Origin: an uncultured delta proteobacterium
Lineage (GTDB): Bacteria; Desulfobacterota; Desulfobacteria; Desulfobacterales; JAHEIW01
Length of the DNA: 64,000 nucleotides
NCBI GenBank assembly: GCA_963706575.1
Contig: CAVPNL010000018.1
Location: forward strand, 32,001-96,000
Direction: 5' to 3'
Part shown: one piece after another, positions 29,844 through 41,713 of the stretch
How positions within the stretch are numbered: the stretch's first letter is position 1
Layout: every line of letters starts with the position of its first letter
Translations under genes and position numbers: made by a program
Notes under the pieces: generated by a model
Database searches by the model: none
What the model was told of the DNA's origin: nothing
Seen by the model: the letters and a program-made list of their open reading frames with translations, nothing else

Positions 29844-31406
29844 CTATACATTGCGTTCTTGGTTTTGCCAATATTGATCCCGAAGCTCTCGTTTTAGAAT
29901 TTTGCCGTAGTTACTTTTGGGAAGATCGTCTACAAAATCGACCGACTTGGGTTTTTTGTAGCCAGCAATATTTTCCCGGCAAAAGTCGATCAGATCCTTC
30001 TCCGTGGCTGTTTTTCCCGGATTCAGAGAAACCACCGCCTTGATGGCCTCACCCCATTTCAAATCCGGCACACCGATCACTGAAACCTCGCGAACTGCGG
30101 GATGCCGTATTAAAACTTCCTCGATTTCCCGGGGGTAGATGTTCTCACCCCCGCTGATAATCAGGTCCTTTGAACGGTCCATAATGAACAGATAGCCGTT
30201 ATCGTCCAAGTAACCCACATCGCCGGTGTGCAGCCATCCGTTCTTGATTGTGTCTGCCGTTGACTCTGGGTTATTCCAGTATCCTTTCATCACCAGATCT
30301 GAGCGGGTGGCGATCTCGCCAATATGACCGGGCGCAAGTTCGTTTTCCTCTCTACCGAAAATTTTGACCTCCACATCGGTTCGGGCAAAACCGGCTGAAC
30401 CAAGTCGCTTGATTTCCTCCGGGCTTCCGGCTGTCTTGTGGGCCCAGTGGGGTAGGTAGGAGATGGTCATCGGAGATTCACCCTGGCCGAAGAGTTGAAC
30501 CAGACAGGACCCGAACTTTTCGATGGCCTTTTTGAGATCTTCCACCAGCATTGGGGCGCCGCCATAATTAAGCGATCGTAAAGAGCTCAAGTCGTAGTGA
30601 TCCACTGCGGGATGATCGATGAGCATCTTGATCATAGTGGGTGCGCTGAACATATTGGTTACCCGGTACCTCTCGATTGCTTGAAACACTAACTCCGGGT
30701 CAAAGGATTTGGAGGCCAGAATGACGTTTGTCGCCCCTTTCCCGATGTTGGGCAAACCGTAAAGCCCGCTTCCATGCGACAGGGGAGCCGCGTGGAGAAT
30801 GACGTCATCCGGAGTAAAGCCCGGAGCGATGTCCGCATAAAAATTCATGACCATTGCCAGCAGGTTACGGTGGGTTAACATGGCGCCCTTTGGCATACCG
30901 GTGGTTCCAGAAGTGTAAAAAAGCCAGGCCAGATCATCGGAAGAAACGTCCACGTCCGTAAACTCGTCGGCTGCATCGGCGAGAATGGACTCATAATCGA
31001 AAAGATCACCGCTGGCACCCCCCAAGGTAATGAGGTGTCGGGCGTTGGGGATTCGATCCCGCACCTCCATGATTGCGTTATTGAATTCGGAGGAAAGGAT
31101 CACCGCCCGGGACTCGGAGTGGTCGATGATGAAAGCGAACTCTTTGGGATGGAGTCGGAAGTTGATCGGCACTGCGCCCAGGCCGCCCTTGAAGCAGGCA
31201 AACAATGATTCGTAGGTTTGCGGATAGTTGTATTGGAGTATCGCAACGTTTTCACCCTGTTTAAGGCCTAACCGCTGCAACGCATTTGCCAACCGGTTTA
31301 CCCGGGCATCAAACTGAGCGTAGGAAAGCTGTCGGTCTGCGTGTATGAAGGCCGGCTTATCCGGAAAAATGCGTGCGGTTTTGGTTAGCAGCATACTAAG
31401 GTTCAT
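29844..31406 (-). CDS. Acyl-CoA synthetase (AMP-forming)
   Basis: YTSGTTGMPKG, GWLHTGD, DRSKDLIISGGENIYPRE. Confidence 0.93.
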   Translation of the reverse strand: MNLSMLLTKTARIFPDKPAFIHADRQLSYAQFDARVNRLANALQRLGLKQGENVAILQYNYPQTYESLFACFKGGLGAVPINFRLHPKEFAFIIDHSESRAVILSSEFNNAIMEVRDRIPNARHLITLGGASGDLFDYESILADAADEFTDVDVSSDDLAWLFYTSGTTGMPKGAMLTHRNLLAMVMNFYADIAPGFTPDDVILHAAPLSHGSGLYGLPNIGKGATNVILASKSFDPELVFQAIERYRVTNMFSAPTMIKMLIDHPAVDHYDLSSLRSLNYGGAPMLVEDLKKAIEKFGSCLVQLFGQGESPMTISYLPHWAHKTAGSPEEIKRLGSAGFARTDVEVKIFGREENELAPGHIGEIATRSDLVMKGYWNNPESTADTIKNGWLHTGDVGYLDDNGYLFIMDRSKDLIISGGENIYPREIEEVLIRHPAVREVSVIGVPDLKWGEAIKAVVSLNPGKTATEKDLIDFCRENIAGYKKPKSVDFVDDLPKSNYGKILKRELRDQYWQNQERNV

Positions 31407-31793
31407 ATGTCCACTCCTCCGTGTCTTCGGTGGGCATTTTGATAATCTGTTGATTCTTATTCACATTGTCCACAAGATGCAACTGTTTGTTTTTGATACG
31501 TTCGATATTGGTGTCCAAATTCAAAACTCAATCGGTTTCAAAAAGAGTACACCACCATAAATGGTGTTCTGCCATTTTCGGATTGAGTTATGGATTGCGC
31601 ATGGCAAACCGATTACTTTTTAGCGGTTCGATTTCTTTACATATCGTGCCTAATTGATTTTTTGGAGATGCAAGAAAAATTTGAGATTAGCGGAAGGAAG
31701 GTGAATTTTTACAAAAGGTTTCGATGTACATAGCCGAAACCCATCATTCAGCTGTTTTTCACATTACGTTAGGAAATCCTAAATTCCGTATAT

Positions 31794-32430
31794 TCAACAC
31801 GCATCTAATGCATCCGCTAATTTTTGAATACCCTCCAGTTCAAAGTCTCCCGCCATTTGAACAATCTGTTTACTCAGCGGTAGGCAGGAATCCGATTGAT
31901 CTTTTATTTCCTCTGCGATGGCATTTAACGTCGTGACATCTCCCATCCCTGCTGCATCGCGGATGCGTTTGGCAATATCGTGAGCTAATTCAGCAGGGAT
32001 AGTTGCAATCTCTTCATCGGATAGTTGACAAACATTTTCTTCTGCGGATACACCAAGGCTCTGCACCGATTCCAGGGCTTGATCGAGAGCATTTTTAAGC
32101 TCCGAAAATCTCAGGTTCAGTTTTTTAACCGGAGGCGCATTCTCTTCACCTTTCTTGACAAGTTTTTCAAGATTCACCGCAGCAGCCTGCAGGTCTGTGG
32201 CCGCAAGGTTGCCGCCCAACCCTTTGAGATTGTGTACCAGACTGTGGGCTTGATCAAAATCCGCGGCATCAAGCGCCTGCCGAATTTCATTTGCTACCGT
32301 GTTGTAGTCGGTAGCAAAACTCAAAAGCAACTTCCGATAAAGTTTTTTGTTTCCTTGCAATCGCTTTAATCCATCTGTCAGATCAAATCCCGACAAAGAT
32401 TCCGGAAGTTCATCTTCTGCCGATGCCGCC
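31794..32430 (-). pseudogene. Orphan C-terminal Hpt fragment of a hybrid histidine kinase
   Basis: GLKRLQGNKKLYRKLL...VHNLKGLGGNL; no upstream kinase or receiver coding sequence. Confidence 0.7.
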
Positions 32431-32799
32431 TTCAATCTGGGTGGCTCCATCCTGAAATAATTCCTGCCACTTTAAACTGACCGCTGCCTCCACGGATAGA
32501 GTGGCCGTTGTATAACTGCCGAATTCTTTTGCCACCCTTTTACATTAAACCAGCCTGCGGCGCTATCATGAATATTGGCAGAAAGTTCGAAACCACTCCT
32601 TTTATAACGCGGTATCTGTTCTCTGTCCTAGCGGCCCGGATAGGCTGGATCAAAGGGCTTCTATCCAGAATAGCTTTGCATGCAGCGATTTCTGCACTCA
32701 GCTTTTCGGTAGTCTGAAAACATCTGGGTGCCGGTGTCTTCACGGCTTTTGCCCCCTATTTTCATCTTTTAACCTGGGTTGGTGTGAATCTGCGCTCGC

Positions 32800-33571
32800 T
32801 TAATTGTCGATCAAAAATTCCCGATGCACATTATACAGTTTGCGAACGAACGTGTATTCAAAAGGAGACCCGGTCATGAAGTAGCGAAACGATTCTTTGT
32901 GCCGTTTGTCGATCGCGTAAAGACCCGTGAGGCTCCAATACAAGATGTCCTCATCACTGTCGTCCATGTCCAGCTCTGCGATGAGCTGCTTCACCATCCA
33001 GCTGTAAACAATGCGTGTCCACCACCAGACCGCCGGTGTCCCGCAGGTTGGACGGCCCCAATATGGGCAGCACCAGATAGGGGCCGGGGCCCAGACCGTA
33101 AAATCCCAGCGTCTGGCCGAAATCCTCGTTCTCACGCTTGATGCCTTCATAGGTGGCCACGTCGATGAGCCCCCCCACACCGACGGTCGTGTTGAATGCC
33201 ACCCGGCCGATGGTGTTGACGACTTTAACGATCTTGAACTGCAAGAGCGAGTTCATCAGGTTGGTGATTTCGGTCAGGTTATTGAAAAAATTGCTGACCC
33301 CGGTCTGCGCCAAAGCCGGCAGGAAAAACTCATACACCCGCACGACCGGCAGAAAGACGTATTGGTCGAAGATGGCGTTGAAGTTGTAGATCCGGCGGTT
33401 CATCGGCTCCCAGGGGTCGTAGACGTAGAAGCCCTGTTGCTCTTTGGGCAGGTCCTGTTCCGGCATGGTGCGCCTGGCGGGGATGATCGGCTCCTGCTGC
33501 ACCGGTGCGGTGGCGCAGCCGGCCATAATAACCAAAAAAATGAGCAGCGTCAGATTGATAGCGCGCTTCAT
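32800..33571 (-). CDS. mlaA: MlaA/VacJ family lipoprotein; +1 frameshift near 33013
   Basis: Lipobox MAGC; DPWEPMNR, NFFNNL, EDFGQTLG..G..GPYLVLPILGPSNLRD; C-terminus in ORF 32800..33180. Confidence 0.85.
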
Positions 33572-33576
33572 GGATA

Positions 33577-34876
33577 TTATCCTTTCAATATCTTGAAGAA
33601 ATTGAGCATGTCCGCGACATTTTCCGTGTAGCTCATGTTGCCGCAGTGACCGCCGTAGGGGTAAATTTTGGCCCGGGATCCGAACACGTCCTTCAAAAAG
33701 GCCAGATCCTGCGGGGTCAGGATCAGATCGTCCTCGTTGCCCATCAGCCCGATCTTGGGGCTGGTGCGCAGGTAGTCCTCGATGTGGCGCAGGCTGTCGA
33801 TCTCGATCGCCCTCTCCTGGGTGAGCTCGGGGTATTTGGCCTTGTAATACGGGAACAGAAGCTCGTCGAAATAGTCGACGAAAGTGGTCGTGCTGGTGAG
33901 CCTGAAGTAGTCGTAGAGTGAATCCGCGGCCTTCAGCTTCAGGTTCTTGGGAACGATCAGCCCGGCGTTGGTCATCACATCGGAGGTGAAAATCATGTTG
34001 TTGGACGAGATCCGGAACGCGGTGCCGATCATGGTGGCCAGGTTCTCCCGCTTGGGCGGCTGGTCCTTGGGCATGGTCCGGTAGACTTCGTAGAGGAAGT
34101 CGTGGCTGAGGTCGACTCGACCCATCGTCTTGTAGACTTCGGAGAACCGGCCCAGAGACTCGCTCGAGCCAGGCGCTCCAATCCTGCAGCCCGCCGGGCA
34201 GCGCGGCCAGAATCATCTCGTCCAGGATCTTGGCCGAGGTGTACAGGCTCACCGGCGGGTTGATCACCAGCACCTTCTTGAAGTTGAAGCTGCGCCTCTC
34301 CTCGTCCAGCTTGGAAACAAAGGCCGCCTCGGCTCCCCCCAGGCTGTAGCCGGTCAGGTAGAACTCCGAGACCTTGATGCGTCCCTTGACCTGCTCCCAG
34401 GCCATCGTCCATCACCCGGTACAGATCCTCGGCGTCCTTGATGATGTTGCCCGGCAGGCTCGTCTTGGATGCGGTGGTGATGAAATTCATGCTAGGTGGG
34501 CGAGGAGAGGCAGATCACGTGAAAGCCGGCCTGGTAGAAAATCCTTCTGAAAAAAGATCATGTTCGAGGAGTAAAAACTGCTGCCGGTGCCGGCAATCAC
34601 GAAAATCAGCGGTGCTTCGCACTTTCTGGTAGGTCAGCGAATAGCGGAACTCCCTCTGGTAACAGAAGACATCGCGGGATGACGCGTTCGGGGAACACCT
34701 TGAAGCTCAGCATCTTATAGTCGATCTTCTCCGGCAGCTTCGGCTGGAACTCCGACGGGGTGCCGATAACCGTCGCCAGGTAGGGATCCTTCAACGGGTA
34801 GTCGTAGGCATCCGCATGGCTCCAGGCACCCCCCATCAGAAAGATAATAAACATAAAACCATGAAAAACGTTTCAC
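33577..34876 (-). pseudogene. Secreted alpha/beta-hydrolase-like protein upstream of mlaA, broken by several frameshifts
   Basis: Pieces YDYPLKDPYLATVIGTP, NFITTAS..LPG, nucleophile GYSLGG and GGHCGN spread over ORFs 34606..34854, 34029..34490, 32954..34405 and 33577..34125. Confidence 0.7.
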
Positions 34877-35108
34877 GGGGCCTCCTTTCATATTTTCATC
34901 TTTGTATTCCGACTATTGCCGAGTTGCGCTCAGCGTTTACTCTTTGTACAAAAAAATACATTTTTACGGCTACTGCCGCTATGAATGCCCTATAATCAGA
35001 CGCGGGTAAAAATCGATGCTAATTGCAACCTATCCCGGTTTTCACCCTTTTGGGGGTAGTGCCCGACTGTTTCCGCCTGAATTCGTAATCCTCAAAGTTC
35101 AGATCGCG

Positions 35109-36329
35109 TCACCAGACGTATTTTCCCACAACAGCCTGGAGTTCTGCCAGCGGACCGAGCTTGAACGGCGTTACAACCTCTTCGCTCACAGTAATATCCT
35201 TTTCGAGTTGCTCTCGCAGTTTCCTCATAAAGAGAGTTGTGGAAGCTCCGTGAACGAATAGGGTAATCTCTTCGCTGGTGAGCATGCTTCGCGGCGTGAG
35301 GTTCGCCGACCCGATGGCAACTATCCGGTCGTCTGTCATAATCACCTTGGCGTGGGACATATGCGGATACAGGAGAACCCTCGGAACCTTTCCCGATTCC
35401 GAGTCCAGCAGCCGGTTAATCGTTGCCATGTTGGCATAGAGGTGGGTGTCAGGGACTTTCGGCAATATAATCTCCACCCGGACGCCTCTGGCAGCAGCCT
35501 TCTTGACCGCTTCGATAACCTTGTCATCGGAGAAATATGCATGCTCCATCACAATCCTCTGCTTGGCATTTTGGATTATCTCTATCGTTGCAGTGCGGAT
35601 CTCTGTTTCCTTGTTGTTATTGACGGTCAGCACCAGTGGAGAAGAGACCCGCCATCGAGAACGTTCCAGAACCTTTTTTGTGAAGGCTTCCGTCCAGAAT
35701 TTGCCTCGAAGCAAGACCATGAAGTCATGCCACTGCAGGCGGTATTCATCGGCAATGTTCATCCCGCCGAAGATCACGCTCCGCTCATCAAAAATGCAGT
35801 ACTTACTATGATCCGTGTCTGCTAACAGATCGGTAACCACCTGGATATTTTCATAACCCTTCAAACCGGTCCTGGTGAATACGGGGCTCGGTTTGCCCTT
35901 GATCATATCACCGAGTTCGAAAAACGTTCCCAAAGTATCTTTTCTAACGGCAACCCGAACACCTCGGTCGGCAGCAGCCTTGAGCTTCTCTACCACCGCC
36001 TTCCCGGTGCTGTCATCCTTCCAAATGTAAGTCTGGATGTACACGGATGATTCAGCAGAATCGATCAATGCAAAGATCTCTTTGAAAGCCTCTTTCCCGT
36101 CTACCAGGAGTTCCAGCTCGCTCAAATCTTGAGCAGGATTTGCGAAGAATTCCGGCGACAATACAGTCGCAGGTTCCGGACCCAGCCCCAGCGGATTGAA
36201 GACGAAAAAAAACAGGGCAACCGTCAGCAAAAGGGCCAGGATACCCGAAAAAACAGAAATTTTTTTAGGCACCGTCATGGGCAAGTTTTCTCTCCATCGG
36301 CTCGACAGACCCGATATGTCAGATGACAT
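35109..36329 (-). CDS. Phospholipase D / cardiolipin synthase-like membrane protein
   Basis: Two HKD motifs: HSKYCIFD...GGMN and HAKVIMTD...GSAN; N-terminal TM segment. Confidence 0.9.
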   Translation of the reverse strand: MSSDISGLSSRWRENLPMTVPKKISVFSGILALLLTVALFFFVFNPLGLGPEPATVLSPEFFANPAQDLSELELLVDGKEAFKEIFALIDSAESSVYIQTYIWKDDSTGKAVVEKLKAAADRGVRVAVRKDTLGTFFELGDMIKGKPSPVFTRTGLKGYENIQVVTDLLADTDHSKYCIFDERSVIFGGMNIADEYRLQWHDFMVLLRGKFWTEAFTKKVLERSRWRVSSPLVLTVNNNKETEIRTATIEIIQNAKQRIVMEHAYFSDDKVIEAVKKAAARGVRVEIILPKVPDTHLYANMATINRLLDSESGKVPRVLLYPHMSHAKVIMTDDRIVAIGSANLTPRSMLTSEEITLFVHGASTTLFMRKLREQLEKDITVSEEVVTPFKLGPLAELQAVVGKYVW

Positions 36330-36510
36330 GAAAGAATTGGTCAGCGATGTCCTGATATTTGGCGCCTATAACATAGGCTCAAAGTTTTAGCGGAACTCCT
36401 CATAGATTGAAAAACCAACACTTTTCTCCTAAATCTTGTAATAAAGTACTGTCAAATCATCTTTGTCAAAAGGCAATTTTCAGCATTTTCTATTTGTCCG
36501 TTAAGCGCCA

Positions 36511-36720
36511 TTAAAACTTATAAAATACAAGAATCCCGCCGCTGAATTGATTCGCATCGCCCTCATCGTCGACCACCGGGCTGTCTTCAGCATCGCCTAA
36601 AAGGTGCTTGTAGCTTAACAGGCCCATGAACCCCCACTGCTCCCAGGGTTTATATGAAGCCGTAAAGAATGTCGAAATTTCTGCCAACAGCCTCTCGAAT
36701 CGCAAAGATTCGTTTCTGCA
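36511..36720 (-). pseudogene. MipA/OmpV C-terminal fragment fused to a regulator-like fragment
   Basis: LLGDAEDSPVVDDEGDANQFSGGILVFYKF (beta-barrel terminal Phe) preceded by LRFERLLAEISTFF. Confidence 0.5.
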
Positions 36721-36986
36721 TGCGAATTGATTTCTATGGCAGCCACATGGTCCTCTCATATTTGTGAGACGAAAAGAAACCGCGTCTCGTAAGCACCAAA
36801 TTTTGAGCGTAGCCGCGCAAAAATACTGTAGCCTGTACTCGCTACCCGGCATACAGCCATGATTTTCAGATCAGCATCGCTTCGGTTAGAAGCTATACCA
36901 CAGCGATCACAGCGTTTTCAAGCCATTTCAACAGTTTAGGTTGATAAACCGGGCCGAGAGGTCGGTCAACAATCCCTTTTGCATGC

Positions 36987-37109
36987 GCCGAAGACGGTGG
37001 CAGGAATCCCATGCAGGTCACCACCTGGCTGGTTCGCAATACAGCCGGCGGAGTGATTGGTGGTGTTGAAATGATTCGGGATGTATCGTCGATGCTGGTA
37101 GATCTCTAA
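36987..37109 (+). pseudogene. PAS/PAC domain remnant
   Basis: Hand translation AEDGGRNPMQVTTWLVRNTAGGVIGGVEMIRDVS. Confidence 0.45.
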
Positions 37110-37274
37110 CAAACCAAACAGATTCAATCTCACAACCTTGAACTGGATCTTACCCATTATCCACGTTTGCGGTTCTCGACGTTTTACATGCCTTTTGTGG
37201 AATTATTACAATTTCATATTATTTCAGAAATCCGCCATATTTGATAGCGCTTGAATTATCAGATAGTAAAATAC

Positions 37275-37332
37275 GAATTATTAAATAGTTTATAACTAAT
37301 TAATATTAATAGAAAAATTAGCATTTGTTACG
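37275..37332 (+). mobile_element. AT-rich putative element end, copy 1
   Basis: 51/58 nt ungapped identity to 57505-57562; ends in TTTGTTACG. Confidence 0.65.
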
Positions 37333-37461
37333 TATAGCGTGAAATTGGGGGAGACTTAAAATATGTTAGATATGGTGATGCATGCTGCAAATTATATGGA
37401 GGGCGATGACCCATTGCGGCATACAAGTCGCTTTTGGCTAAAAAAATATTGCACCAATCGA

Positions 37462-38226
37462 TTATTTCGCATCCTTGGATAGCTCCGGATTGACTGACAT
37501 TAAAACAGCCCGCAGTTTCTGGATGTAGTCAGAGGGAAATGTCCAGATCGGCAATTCAGCATCTTTTTCCAGCCCGCGTTCAGCCGGTTTCAAATTATAC
37601 AGCAGCGAGAGCAGAATATCACTGCTGGCCCAGGGGCTCTTGCGGAAATAGGCATGACCATTTCCGGTTGCCGCCCCTTCAGCTTCGGTTACATTAATGA
37701 CATGCAGATTTTTGGCCTGACTCAAAAAATCCACCGTAACAGGGGAAATTTCGTGGTCTTGCGGCATCTGACCAAGCCGATCCCGCCGGAACAGCCATTT
37801 TGAAACACCCAGGGCCCGATCGGATTTCGACACATAAACCGAGAGGGTTTCGGGCACCTTCAGCAAGCCGTCAACCACATAAGCTCCAAAAAGCTGGCGG
37901 TCAAAATCACTGCCAACCAATATAACATGACCGATTCGTAGTTTATTTTGAATGCTTGATTTGTCCTGCTCAGTGTAAAGTAGAGCCAGCTGCAACAGTG
38001 TGTTGATAACCACCCGCGTACCGGCACTGTAACCGATGATATGGATGCGCTCGGCTTCCGTTTCTTCAACCAGGTATTTCAAAAATACTCGCAGATTATG
38101 AGCAGAGAGCTCGGCGGTTTCGATATCCGCAAAATAAGCCCATTTAATGGGGGTTGACGGCCAGGCATAAGCGATAAACACGCCATCATAGCCGAGAAAA
38201 TGCCACAATTCAGTTGCCACCAGCAA
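37462..38226 (-). pseudogene. DUF900-like alpha/beta hydrolase, N-terminally truncated
   Basis: AYAWPS, IHIIGYSAGTR, GHAYF; frame begins abruptly with no RBS or N-terminal region. Confidence 0.65.
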
Positions 38227-38314
38227 ACGGAAATATATCTGAATTTTAATGTTCAGCAGTTGCCCAATCCGGTTGCAAATTTTACATAAAATTCGTCATA
38301 TTAAATGCGAAAAG

Positions 38315-41300
38315 CTATCTTCTTTTCTCTGTCATCGGATCTCTGTCGACTGCCATCTGCCCTTCGTCTCCAGCTAATTGGGGCGCTTCTTCAACCCGCC
38401 GAAATCTGGCCACCACTGAATTTCTGACATCTCTGACAATTAAGTAGAGCGCCGGCACGTAAAGCAGCGTCAGTAAAGTTGCCGCCAGCAATCCAAAACA
38501 GATACTGATCGCCATCGGGATTAAAAATTGAGCCTGGAAACTGGTTTCCAATAGAATGGGTAAGAGTCCGGCGATGGTGGTGATGGAAGTCAGCAGAACC
38601 GGTCTGAATCTGGCCTTGCCGGATTCCACCACCGCTGTTTCAATATCGACACCGCTGCGCACCGCCCGATTGATGAAATCGATTAAAATCAGTGCGTCGT
38701 TGACCACAATTCCTGAAAGGGCCACAATTCCAAAAATACTGATGATGGTAAATTCCATTCCCATGACCAGGTGGCCGAAGACCGCCCCGATCAGACCGAA
38801 GGGAATTGCCATCATGATAATTACCGGCTGGATGTAAGAGCGGAACTGGCTGGCCAGCAGGAGAAAAATCCCCATCATCGCCAGTAGATATCCGGATTTC
38901 AGACTATCAATGGACTCTCCGGTGCGTTTCGCCTGGCCTTCCAGGTCAAAAGAGACGCCCGGATAACGCTCTACCAATTTGGGCAAAAAATTGGCTTTCA
39001 GGTCAGCCACAATCTGGCTGGCGTTGGCAGTGGTTTCATCAATATCCGATATCACCGTCACGGTTCTTTTGCGATCCACCCGATTGATGGTCGAATATGC
39101 CCGGCCGTGCGCGATATCGGCTACCTCTTCGATGGGAATTTCCTGGCCCGCGCTGGTCCGAATCCGCATTTCGTCAAACCCGGAAAGGCTGCTGCGCTGC
39201 TGATCCGCATATCGGACCATGACCTTGACATCATCCCGGCCACGCTGAATGCGCAGGGCCTCTTCGCCGTAAAAGGCCTGGCGAACCTGTCTGGCAAGCC
39301 CCCGCATGGTCACCCCGATGGAGCGCGCACCTTCTTTGACACGCAGCTTTTTCTCCTGCTTGCCGGGTCTAAAATTGTCGGAAATGTCATAGGTGCCGGG
39401 GTAGGTCTCGATTTCATTTTTGAGTTCATCGGCCGCCAGGCTGAGCTGGTCAAAATCGTCTCCGTTCAGTTGAATTTCAATTGCATTTCCGGCCGGCCCC
39501 CCTTCCAGCGTAAAAAACGCCAGGCGATCGATTCCGGGCAATTCGCCGACCTGACTGCGCCAGCGGTTCAGAATTTCATTTGTCGATATTTCCGGCCGTT
39601 CGCCGGAGGTCACCAATTCCACCCAGACCTCCCCGACATGGCTGCCGATTTGTGGGGGTTTCCAATCACGGCGCGGAATCAGTCCCACCAGGGCGAAGGT
39701 GTTTTGAACCAGATCACCGTTTTCCTCTGAGAACTCAGAAAATGCCGTATTCAAATCAAAGGCGTTTGTTTCCAGATGCTGAACGGCGGCTTCGGTCAAG
39801 CTGGCCGGGGTGCCCAGCGGGTAGTTGATTTCGGCGATGAGCCAATCGCTTTCGCCTTTTGGGAAAAAAACAAAGGGCACATATCCGCCGGCCACGATAC
39901 CGAGACTGATGATCAAAACACCGATGCCGATAGATAATGTAAAATATCGATTCTTGACGACATAATTTATGGCCGGTGAATAAATCCGCTTAATGGTGAA
40001 TTGCAGCAGTCCCTCGATGCGCTTTCGCAAACGTTCATGCCACGAATCCAACTTGCGCTTTTCGTTTCTCGGATTGCTTTAAGGCATGGTCCAGGTGGGC
40101 GGGAAGAATGATCAGGGCTTCGCCCAGGGATACGATTAAAATGATGATAACGGCCATGGGCATGACAGCGATGAATTTGCCCATGATGCCCGCAATAAAC
40201 ATCAACGGCAGAAAAGCAACCACCGTGGTTGAAACCGCCATGACAACCGGTCCGCCGACCTCCTTTAGGCCATCGATCACTGCCGCTGAAGGTGATTTGC
40301 CCCGATTATAGTGGGTATAGATGTTCTCACCCACAATAATGGCATCGTCCACCAGGATACCCAGGGTCATAATGAACGCAAACAGTGAGATCATATTGAC
40401 GGTTTGACCAAAGGCATTAAGCACCAGAAATGCCCCCATGAATGAAATGGGGATGCCGATGGCCACCCAGAAGGCCAGCCGGAAATTCAAAAACAGGGCC
40501 AACGCGATAAACACCAGCGTAATTCCCTGAAACCCGTTGCGCACCATTAAATCGATGCGATCGCGCACCAGGACTGACAGGTCGCCCCAGATGGCCAGAT
40601 CGATATCTTTGTTCATCTTATCGTTATGGGCTGCGACGTAGTTTCGCGCGATGTCGGCAATTTCAATGATATCCTGCTCGCTGGTGCGGCTGATCCGCAC
40701 AACCGCGGCCGGTTTGCCGTTAAAACGGGCCTTGATGTCGACATCTGTAAAACCATCGATCACGCTGGCAACCTGCCCGAGTTGCACCACGGTCCCATCC
40801 GCTAAGGTAATCAATGGGATGGCTTCAAATTCCTTGCCGGTATAAAGCTGGCCTTTGGATCTGACCAGAATCTCCCCCTGCGCGGTCTTGATCTTTCCTC
40901 CCGGCAGGTCAATACTGCCCGTTTGAACGGCGTTGACCACCTGGTCAAAGGAAAGTCCGTAGCGGCGCAGATTGTCTTCGGATACTTCAACCGCGATTTC
41001 ATAATCCCGCACGCCGACAAGTTCGATCTGGGTAATTACTTCGGGCTGCCTGAATTTTATTGCGGAAAAAAAACCTTGCTCGGTTGCAGATTTCATTTCC
41101 ATCTGAGAAACAATACGCGGATCCAGCAGATCGGCGCGGATTTTTTCAGCCGCTTGTCGCAGATCTCTTTCAGCAACATTCCCGAAAGCGGCAATATAAA
41201 TGGTCGGATCCCGGTTAATGATTTCAAGTACGAGCGGCTCTTCGGCTTCCTCGGGGAATGTGTCGATGCGATCGACTTCTGCTTTAATCTCATCCAGTAC

Positions 41301-41612
41301 TTTGGGGACATCCGTACCGGATTCAAGCTCCACCACGACTTCGCCATTGCCTTCGCGAGCGGTGGATATTATGCGGTCGATGCCTTCGATGCCCTCGATC
41401 TGCTCTTCAATTTTTATGCAGATACCCTCTTCCACCTCTTCCGGGCTGGACCCCGGGTAATCCACGCTGACAAAAATCATATCCAGCGCAAACTGAGGCA
41501 TCATTTCTCTTCGCATCTTCATCACCGTAAACAGCCCGGCCACGATGATAAAGACCATGACCAGATTAACGGTCACGCGATTTTTAATGGACCAATTGCC
41601 TAGTTTTTTCAT
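38315..41612 (-). CDS. RND efflux permease (AcrB/MdtB-like); +1 frameshift in the A-run near 40060
   Basis: LGILVDDAIIVGENI, GIVVNDALILID, ARFRPVLLTSITT; ORFs 40035..41648 and 38315..40051 abut. Confidence 0.92.
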
Positions 41613-41629
41613 GTTCTTTCGCTGCGCGA

Positions 41630-41710
41630 AGCATAGCGCAAAGCGCATGGCGCATAGCGTAGAATTTTTTACTGTAGGATCCTAACGCTATTCCCCATGC
41701 CCTATGCCAT
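41630..41710. repeat. Inverted heptamer-array hairpin (GCATAGC/GCATGGC ... CCATGCC/CTATGCC)
   Basis: Read directly between the MFP and RND genes. Confidence 0.75.
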
Positions 41711-41713
41711 AAA

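Noticed and set aside
32435..32500. Possible IS terminal sequence at the Hpt truncation point
   Set aside because: No partner inverted repeat or transposase in the window; cannot be supported by eye.
32954..34405. 483-aa apparent hydrolase-MlaA fusion ORF
   Set aside because: Chimera from frameshifts. The middle is out-of-frame nonsense, and mlaA has its own start at 33571 after the hydrolase stop at 33577.
36966..37157. ORF ending CKRDC-TGA as another possible selenoprotein
   Set aside because: Readthrough ends within about 10 codons, I saw no SECIS-like hairpin, and the opposite strand is better explained as a PAC remnant.
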